A program made the position numbers and the translations under genes. From Psammoneis japonica (lineage: Eukaryota), in the NCBI GenBank assembly GCA_008632985.1, contig QPGO01000353.1, forward strand, positions 1 through 46,025: a stretch of DNA of 46,025 nucleotides, in the 5' to 3' direction. The notes beneath the pieces were generated by a model, which was not told the DNA's origin, did not search any database, and saw only the letters and a program-made list of their open reading frames with translations. This document shows, one piece after another, positions 22,360 through 31,500 of this stretch. How positions within the stretch are numbered: position 1 is the stretch's first letter; each line of letters begins with the position of its first letter.

Positions 22360-25300
22360 TCACGCATTGAGAAGTCCAAACGACTCGAAACCTGCACTTT
22401 CTGACACATTGTCGCTCTCCGCTGTTGCGAGATCATTGGCAGCTTCTGCAAGACAGCAAACCATTGAAATCTTTTTTTCAGTTAGTGACTCCGAAGCATT
22501 GGAATTCTGAAGATGTGTCAAGATTTCTGGAGACCAGATGAAAATGCCATCGTCGCCTTCTTTGGCAAGTGCTTCAACCGTTCCTGGTTTTTCCCTGTCA
22601 AAACCAAATGCAACAACTTGCTCTAGATTCTCAAAACACCCTTTGCGCCCTGCTGTCAACTCTTTTGGGGCTTGCTTGCTGGGGTATGACGAGTAGAACT
22701 TGTTCCCCTGGTGCGACACAGTGCGCAGCAACGCACCCTTCTCGTGATCGTTGTTCCGAACTCCGAAGTTTCGCGTCACACCGGAAACTTTCCCAGCATG
22801 AACGGCACATTTTCCTCGATTCTTGTCTCTATGAACATGCACACCCTCCTGATGTTTGTTACTTTCATCTACAACAGGCATGGTGTCCAGGTTGAGGAGG
22901 GTGGTGTCGTCATCAGCACAGTCTAGATCATCGATGACGTGCTTGGATGGGATCATGATGGAAGCCATCCGGACTAAGTCATTGTGAAACCATTGCCAGA
23001 CCACGTGGTGACGATGTCCATTGTAATCGTTCAAACGATTGCGCTTGTAACGTTCAAGACGCGACGACAATAAACCGACCAGTTGGTCGCTCCGTTGTGT
23101 CATGTTGTCATCAGCAATGACGATGTCTTCAGCTGCTGTAACATGATTTGCAACCAGTTCATGCCATTTCACATTCTTCAAAACATGTGTAGCTTCAGGT
23201 AAGTTTTCGACTGGAGCACTTGGTGCATCTTCGCTTTCGAGCGGAACCTCCTGTCTTTTGTGTGTCACGTCGTGGTCACGCAACGACCAAGCGACTCTTG
23301 TCAGGTTTTCTTCCCCTGTTTTCGCATCTTCGAGCTTCCCCTTGTTAGGGAACTTGAAGGAGCAGGTCTTTTTAGCCATCTCCCATTTTCGCACATGGAC
23401 AAATGCCTGTAGCCTTGGAGCCGTCATGGCATTGAAGTCATCAAGACTCGCATTCGCAAGCCCTTTGCCGTTTCGCCCTCGGACGCGTGACATAATTTGT
23501 TGCTCACACTCCATCGCAGTGTCTAACCGCTTGTTATGCTCTCTTGCCATGCGAAGTTTTTTCCCATGTTCTNNNNNNNNNNNNNNNNNNNNNNNNNNNN
23601 NNNNNNNNNNNNNNNNNNNNNNNNNNNNNNNNNNNNNNNNNNNNNNNNNNNNNNNNNNNNNNNNNNNNNNNNNNNNNNNNNNNNNNNNNNNNNNNNNNNN
23701 NNNNNNNNNNNNNNNNNNNNNNNNNNNNNNNNNNNNNNNNNNNNNNNNNNNNNNNNNNNNNNNNNNNNNNNNNNNNNNNNNNNNNNNNNNNNNNNNNNNN
23801 NNNNNNNNNNNNNNNNNNNNNNNNNNNNNNNNNNNNNNNNNNNNNNNNNNNNNNNNNNNNNNNNNNNNNNNNNNNNNNNNNNNNNNNNNNNNNNNNNNNN
23901 NNNNNNNNNNNNNNNNNNNNTTGCCAGTTGCAGCCTTTCCCAGCATTTGCGGCAAGCAAGCAATGTGGTCTGTCAAGGCATCGCCCTTGTCACGCCCGAG
24001 AGTGACTGGGCTTTCTTCGAGACACCGTAAGATTTCCGCCTTGATGGGGTGGACAGTTGGGTTGAATGCCTCTGCCGTCAGCAAAGGTTGCAGTGACTCA
24101 ACTGCAGGAAAAACCTTGCTGAGATCACAACCCGCTTCAGATCCAGTGCAAGAAGGGTTGCTTTTGTTCTTGGTGAGTTTCTGTTGCAAATCGAGATTCT
24201 CAATTTCAGGATTGTTCGTGTGCGCCTTCATTTGACCCGTGTCGCCGTCGAACCACAGAAGAGATCGTAGAGTTTCAGGAACGGCTTGTCCCTGTGCCCA
24301 TTCATTGCTGATTTCTCTTTGAGCCTCAAGAAATGGTTGGAAAATGTGCCTTCGGCAGACAACCATTCATTCGGACTCTCGGTCGGCAACATTGTCACGC
24401 ATGAACAGGACGCAGCCACATCCCGCATTGAGGTTTGTGTCTCCACCAGCACACAGACCTCGGACCCGAATCAGATGTGTGCCATCCGCACTGTTGCATT
24501 CATCTGATGAGTGACCTTTGGGAAGCTCTCGATCTGTGAGTTTCAAGAAGCTGACCATCATGGGTGCCATCTGCCCACACGCAGAAAAGCAGTGCGTGTC
24601 TTTTGCTCGCGTGCCTCGCATTGACTTGTCTTCCCCACTCTTGCATTTTGCGTGAGTGCCAGCATCACAGTTCAAAGATGCAGAGACCAAACGCCACTCA
24701 CGTTTGTTGTTTTTTGTTCCCGCAAACACGTGCGTCATTGTGTCATCCAATCCCACAATGTACATGGGTTTAACAGGGTGCACCTCAACTCCCCATGCCT
24801 TCTCAACAAGTTGAAGAAAGAGCTTTGAACCCTCTCCAAGCTTTGGGAATGTGGCGTTTCGAAAATGTCTGTCGTGTCCGACAGCAAAGTGAGTTTGTCC
24901 GATGATGAGAGCCAGTGACATGGCTCCAATCAATGATTGCTCAGCTGTGCGTCGGGCTTCGGTCTTCTGTGTGACACTGTCGGTGATGGACGTTTTGGGA
25001 TTTGTCGCCGCGGCAAGAGTCCTGTGTCGACTGACCGTTGTTCGGTGAACTGTGTGCTCATTGTCTGCTGCAAGGCCTTGATGGTTCATGTCATCCTGCT
25101 TCTTCCTGTTTGACATTTTCTTGATGTCCTCTAACCCGACTGTTTGTCCTTTGCTCTCAACCACGTTTCCAGTTGCCTCAACGAGTTCGTTCTCAGTCAT
25201 GATTGGAACGCGACCCCTTGCTCCCCACGCCTTGTTGATTGGTTTCCCTTCTCGAATTTTTCACAGCACCTTGCACACACTCTTGTCACTGACATGTGGC

Positions 25301-26124
25301 ACACGTTTCTTCTGTGTCATGTCATTGACAATTCCCGCTCGCTCTTTCACGTTCCTTCCTTGAGTTGTGTCACAAACTTCTTGTTTGGTGCACTCAAGCC
25401 GATCTTTTGGTTCGGGGCACGTGAATGCTGCAGCATTTGACTTCTTCTTTTGAGTTGACTCATTTGAATTTTTTGTGTCCCCTTTTTGTTTTTTCGAGAG
25501 TTTGCGATCACCAGCAGGTGGCGTCTTGATGCGCAAGGCAAGTCGCTCCAGCTCAATGAGTTCATTGGCCTTTCTGGAAGCTGCTGGTGGTGGGATGTTT
25601 TCTTCATCTTCCATGTTGTTGGGACTTGGCAGAGACGTTGGTTCAAGATTGGCGGTGCGCAAAGCACGTGATTGGGCGACTTTCTCCGAAGCCGCAAGCC
25701 TTCGATGCGCACACGGAACGCCCGGCATCTTGGATTCTTTTGCAACCATTGCATTTGATTCAACAGTGGCTTGTTGAACAACAGAGAGTGTTTCACCAAC
25801 AACTTTCAGACAGTTGCTGGCCTTTTTCAAGTCACGTGCAGTGCTGTTTCTGTCGTCGAGAATTTGCCTGGCATCTCTCAAAATGACTTGCTGTTGACGG
25901 GTGGCTTGTGCGATGTCGGCATTACGAAGCTGAGTTTCAAGTGATTTGTCTTTGGCAGACCGTCCAATGGCAGCATCACCATCTGTCCCAGTCATGTTGT
26001 TTGTTGCAGCAATGAGAGCAGCTTTTGCATCGATCCGAGATCGTTCTTTTTTTTTTTTCACGTGGTTTTGTAAGTTGTTTTCGGCGCGTGCTCTCGGATG
26101 ACTCGCACGGAGGTCAAATGCCAA
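22360..26124 (-). pseudogene. ~1200-aa pogo-like DD40D transposase with C-terminal GIY-YIG-like domain; two in-frame TGA stops and an assembly gap
   Basis: ORFs 25261-26124, 24367-25200 and 22360-24366 are in one frame (first ATG 25995). Motifs GRVPIMTENE, IVGLDDT, FSACGQMAPMMVSF, LLWFDGD, CTGSEAGCDLSKVF, then EGVHVHRDKNRGKCAVHAGKVSG..RNFGVRNNDH. Confidence 0.75.
23573..23920. other. assembly gap (348 N)
   Basis: Run of N. Confidence 1.
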
Positions 26125-26476
26125 AAATGACCTTTTTCAGTGTCCAGTCATGCTCGGTGTCCATTCCCGCACGCCGGCAGCTGGTGGTTTGCCAGCGCCC
26201 AGAGGTCCTGTCCTGCTGGCACGTGGGCTCGAGCAGGTGTGCTTGCAGACGCGGGACCATGAACATCACCTTGTCTTCTACATTGGGTTCGCGGCTTCAA
26301 GGTGTGATCAGCACCTCTGCTCCCTTGGGGATTGCCATGGCTTTGCACGTGTTCCGAGTGTTCCGCTTGGAGCTTTCCAGTGTTTGCTTGGTCGAAGGCG
26401 TCACTGCCGCGCCCTTCCCTAAGTGGGACAGGGCCACCCGTTCCTAACTGCTGGGGTTCCAGTTAGGGTGCACTGC

Positions 26477-26601
26477 CCAGGGTTAGGGTTCGCACGGTGT
26501 AGGGCAGGGTTCGGTTAGGGAACGCCCCCCTTCCTTGCTGTGCCCAGGGTTGGGGTTCGCACGGTGTAGGGTGGGGTTCGGTTGGGGAACACCCCCCTTC
26601 C
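26477..26601 (+). repeat. 2 x ~65-bp G-rich tandem repeat with TTAGGG/TTGGGG motifs
   Basis: CCCAGGGTT(A/G)GGGTTCGCACGGTGTAGGG(CA/TG)GGGTTCGGTT(A/G)GGGAAC(G/A)CCCCCCTTCC occurs twice. Confidence 0.85.
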
Positions 26602-26788
26602 TGTCATGGGTTGTCATGCAAGAGGACGCTTGCCGAGTTGGGGTCGACTGTGAAGCAGCCCCCCGTCGCACCTCATTATTGAAGTATTCATACATGTTTA
26701 TCGGGGTTATCGAATGCAGGTGGGGCGACTTCGTCAAGCAAGTGACCTCAACCCGTTTCCGGGTTGCCGGTTCAAGCACGTGTGTGCG

Positions 26789-26861
26789 GAAAAAGGGAGG
26801 GACTCGAACCCCCGGCCTCGTCCTACGATCGGCGAAGCTCTGCCACTGAGCTTGCCTTTTC
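26789..26861 (-). ncRNA. tRNA-like cloverleaf, copy 2
   Basis: Identical to 21243-21315. Confidence 0.75.
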
Positions 26862-28138
26862 ACTGACACGTTGGGGACCAATCAGAGCATCTAATTTATT
26901 CTGAGTGCTGGTGGTTTGCCAGCGCCCAGAGGTCCTGTCCTGCTGGCACGTGGGCTCGAGCAGGTGTGCTTGCAGACGCGGGACCATGAACGTCGCCTTG
27001 TCTTCTACATTGGGTTCGCGGCTTCAAGGTGTGATCAGCACCTCTGCTCCCTTGGGGGTTGCCATGGCTTTGCACGTGTTCCAAGTGTTTTGCTCAGAGC
27101 TTTCCAATGTTTGCTCAATCGAAGGCGTCACTGCCACGCCCTTCCCTGAGTGGGACAGGGCCACCCGTTCCCAACTGCTGGGGTTCCAGTTAGGGTGCAC
27201 TGCCCAGGGTTCACCCACACCCTTGAACAGATTGGAGTGCCAATGGCATTCTTTGATGCAACTCATTGCTGCCTGCCAAGGCTGCAGCAGCAGCTGCAAT
27301 TTGATGCCAAGAGAGCAACATGTGCCATGTTGTTGTGGCTGGTGTCCCCCCAGTTGCTGCCAGAGGTGCGCGGCTGGCACCACCCAAGACCCGCCATGAG
27401 AAATGGATGGCCAAAGGTGCCATTTGGAAGGCAAGTGCGCAGACCTCCTCAACCACCACTTCGCCAATGGAGCCACTCCAGTGCCCTCTGCCACACTGCC
27501 CAAGCACATTGTCGACCTTGGCAACGTGGCACCCAGGGTTTTCTTGGCCTTGGTGAACCATGAGATGGGATGCAGGGTTGCTTGCATGCCATCAGCGCAC
27601 ATTTGTGACCCCGTTGCCATCTCGCCATGGGATGGATGTGTGTTTCATTCCCAGGGGTGTGTGTTGCCAGGCAACTTCATCAACATTTTGGAATTGCCCA
27701 GTGCCCCATTCAACCTGGCTGGGCCCCAAGCAGCACCCGCTGCAGCCAACACCCAGCTGATGAGAATGACCTCATTCCACCGCAGACAGATGGCACAAAC
27801 ATTCAGCACCTGATCCAGGTGCCCCACGCATGTGTTCACCTGGTGTCCTCTGGAGATCTCACGCCATTGCAGGCATGGCGGGAACCAGGAGGCATGATCC
27901 AGAATGATGGGCATGCTCTGGCAACCTGGGCCCCCCAGTTGATTGGCTTTGAGCTGGGAGTCACCTCAAATCTGTTGAAAGTCAAAGCTGTCCCATCATG
28001 CTCGTGCATGCAGGCATGGCACATCTGATTCCCACTGCCAACTCTGGTGAAATGGATCTTTTCATCCCCCACAACACATGTTGGTTGAGCACATTGCAGT
28101 TGCCTTTTCATCAGATTAAATTGTTCAGAAACGGATGT

Positions 28139-28500
28139 CACATTTCCAGCTTTGGACGGGTTCCAGTCCCAGCAGGTGGGACTCCGTGTGACATTGGGCC
28201 CGTAGAATTCTACGTGCGAGCTCTGCAGTAAATTTGTGCTGCAATGAAAACACAAATGATCGCCAACAGAAAAAGAGGCAATTTTACGAACGCATCTCCT
28301 CCTTCATGCTTGACGCACATCGTTGACAGTTTGCCCGGGTACATTCTACAGACATTAAAGAATGTACCCAGCGTATTTTCACTCTCACAAATGTTGAAAA
28401 TAGAAAGCCTTTGGCTTCGCAAAACAGGGAGTAGAAACAATTTCGTAGAATGTCACACGTAGAAATGCTGGTGCGCGACATGCGACGCGATCCGAAAAAC
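28139..28500 (+). pseudogene. putative hAT-like transposase fragment
   Basis: Frame from 28141: SPSRWDSV*HWARRILRASSAVNL...NDRQQKKRQFYERISSF, homologous to 7640-8330 (minus). Confidence 0.55.
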
Positions 28501-31500
28501 TGAATAAATGCCACCATGATGGCTAAGAATTGGGTGTAAGACAAGACAGACTGTTGAACAGCATCAACAGGTTCTAGAATTGTGAGATGTTTCGCCACTG
28601 GGACCACTGAACAAGCAACAGTGGACTAACAGCCAATGGCACATAAACTGCCCATGTTCGTGACAGCACATCAGCATTTGTTCAGTCCCCCTCGAACTGA
28701 CACTAGCTCCGCTCGGGCCAGATTGACAGACAAATGCCACCTGATGCTGCCCCATTCCAGGGTGGCATTTTCATGTTGGGGATGGGAAAAGCCACACCTG
28801 CACGGCAAACCTGTTTGGTTTGTCCCCCTTTTGGGACTCACCACAGGATGTGACTTGTGATTTCCCGGAGCTTCGGTCCAGGCAACAACTTAGTTAGTAC
28901 GTCCGCTAAATTCGTGCGTGCGTCTTCCCAAGCAATGCACACTGTTCCAGCGCCTTGTGCCTCACGAGTCCTGTGATGGGCAATCGCATTGTGCTTCTTC
29001 TTCAATGTAGACTCCAGCTTGGTTGAGTTGATGAAGACAGCCTCATTGTCGCAGAAGACATTGGTGGCCCCATCCATGGGGATTCCGAGCATTCGAAGCT
29101 TGCAACGCAAGGCTTCAATTTGCTCCACTGCGGTCTTCATCACCACGAACTCCGACCCAAAAGTGGACAACTCTGCAGTGTTCTGCCATTTAGAGCAGCA
29201 CAAGATGGGCGCTCGTTGAATGAATGTCAGGATCCCAGTGTGGGACCTGCACGTCACATGGCATCCGGCGTGATCAGCATCGACAAAGCAAGTGGTGGTC
29301 ATGCTGTTCCCACATGCTTCTGGCACATTCAGCAGCATTGGTTCAGCTGCACCAGGGCAATGTTCTTCCCAATGGCACTTGGTAAAACAACTCTCGTCAA
29401 AGACAGGCTCAGTGTCGTTGAACACTGGCGCAGACTTAGAGCGAGCCTTCAAGTGCACGAAGATGTGGAGCACCTCGTCCAGGTGTCCAACTTGTGGTGC
29501 CGCCAAGCAGGAGGACATGAGCAAGACAGTGAGAAAAATGTCCACTCGCCCTAGTTCAACCACCCATCGTAGCACACCAATGAGGCCTTGGCAGCAGTTG
29601 GCCGTTTTGGCATGTCAATTCAGGTGAGCCATCCAGTTCAGGCCTGTGTCCCGAGCTCAAGGGCGTCAATGCCTTCTTCGGAAGGCACCCATCAGTTTTC
29701 TTAAGCTCCAATTCAACATCAGCTAATGTTCTTTTGACACAAAGGTCAGAGGACATGGCCCAGTGTGTCCCACCGTCCGAGTCAGACAACTGGCACTTTC
29801 TGATCTGGGCACCCAAGTGCTCTTCCGGCTTGCAGACACTTCCGTCCTTGAGCGTGCACCCAGAGCTCACACAATCCATGACCTTCTGAGGTTCATGGGA
29901 GATGCACAACAAGTCATCCACATAAACAAGTGCACATGTTCCCAGTGCTTGAAGCCATCCGGCTTAACCGCAGCTTGCATCCAGACATCCGGGTCAGCCT
30001 TGCAAGACTCAAACCCAGCATCAAGCAAAGTGGCTGCCATGTGTTCCCTAAATCTTGCACCTGAAGACTTGAGACCATGCAAGGCTAGGGCAACAATTGC
30101 CGGCCTTCCTTCATCATGCTTCCCAAATTCCAGGCCAGCAGTGGTGTGACACTTCTCCTTAGTGTGTGCATTCAAACAGGCATTCTGAACGTCGGCACTC
30201 AGGACCTCCAGGTCATTCAGAGCTGCTGTGGTGAATGCCATCCTAACGCTGTCACGCGATGCCATGCTGGAATAAGTCGATTCCTTGGGTGGATCGGTTT
30301 GATGGCCTCCGGCCATTAACCTCGCTTTACGTTGGACGGTGCTCTTGATGTCAAAGATCACATGACAATCAACGTGTTTGCACCCGACTGGCACAGCATC
30401 GTCATCGTGGAATTCGAATGCAGGCATGACGTTACGCATTTCCTTCTCGACAGCCTTGAACCAGAAGTCAGTCCCCACTCTGTCATCTGTCTCCACAGCT
30501 TCCTCAACAGATTTTGGGAGTTCAATTGGGAACTTGTGCATGCGTTTCCAGCAACGCGACTTGACTTTCTTCAGGATCCTTGACCTGCAACGCAAGACGT
30601 CTCGGACCCACCAGTTAAAAGCTGGTTCACCAGCTGCCTTGTTCGCTGCAGCATGCTCAGCAACCTCGACAGGGTTAGATTCCTTCAAATCCTTGAGGGG
30701 AACCCAGGATGTAGTCCCATCCTTCCATTTGACTTGCAGGTCCCAGCCTGTGGTTGTCCTCCTGGGAGCACACCTGCCAGTCTTAGTCGTCATGCACCTG
30801 TCATCAGCCACAATGTCGGTGATCGACTGTCTCCACAATCTGGCAGGCACGGTCGTCCTCCCAGGAGCGCGCCTGCCAGTCTCAGTCGTTGTGTGCCCAT
30901 CATCAGCGGTCACGGCACGGGCATCACATCGGTGATTGACTGTCTCCACAATCTGGCAGGCATTCCCTTCAGAGTCTATCTGAGCGAATGGGTTCTCTGA
31001 AATTACGTTGGCAGCACAGGAATCAGTGGATCCATCAGGAAACTCCACATCATGTGTCCTCAAGTCTGGGACAGGGTTGTCATTCCCAGTGCCAACAGGA
31101 ACCCCGTTGCTGTCTCGTTTGCGTGCAACAACCCTGGCATGAGTCAGCTTGCCTCCACGTGGTAACATGACTTGAGCTGTGAGGCATTCATCTGGCTGCT
31201 CTGGGGTGTGCTCATCAGCTTCTGGTTTGAAAGCGTTGGGTTCCATGGGTTTGACAGCATCGTCCCATTCGTCCATGAAGTCATCAGGGAGTTCAGGGAA
31301 GTCAGCATTGGCACCCCGTTCTGGGATGTTAAGTCGTTCGATCAAAGCCTGATCGACTGATGCAAGATCCGTTTGGATTGCCAGAGTTTTAAGGTCATCC
31401 TCCGGCATGGCCCACACATCTTTCCAAATGATGGGTCTGCCTGATTCGGGCAGAATGACAAATGCCATGTCATCAGTGCAGTTGTCGGCTGCTCCGAGCC

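Larger units (their letters stand above)
21366..26180 (-). mobile_element. 4.8-kb TIR DNA transposon (IS630-Tc1-mariner / pogo-like)
   Basis: Imperfect ~27-bp TIRs (CCACCGGCG...TGGACACTGA vs rc CTGCCGGCG...TGGACACCGA); motif TGGACACYGA twice at each end (21383, 21444; rc 26137, 26154); CTGG duplicated on both flanks; empty site GAGTGCTGGTGGTTT at ~26903-26917. Confidence 0.88.
26181..28138 (+). repeat. split-repeat element, right part: A (26181-26484), X (26485-26693), B (26694-26911), A (to 27211), Y (27211-28138)
   Basis: A occurs twice as a direct repeat; B and Y duplicate 21148-21365 and 20223-21151. Confidence 0.8.

Noticed and set aside
21611..22363. Second gene within the DD40D transposon
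   Set aside because: Only short ORFs with several stops and no recognisable motif; cannot be supported without other copies.
23258..24235. Long ORFs spanning the N run in several frames
   Set aside because: They are open only because N translates to X. Only the minus-strand transposase frame has motif support on both sides.
22360..26124. TGA readthrough or an alternative genetic code
   Set aside because: The in-frame TGAs are readily explained by CGA->TGA decay, which is pervasive in the window.
26455..26601. True telomere or interstitial telomeric array
   Set aside because: TTAGGG copies are isolated within a 65-bp unit, not tandem.
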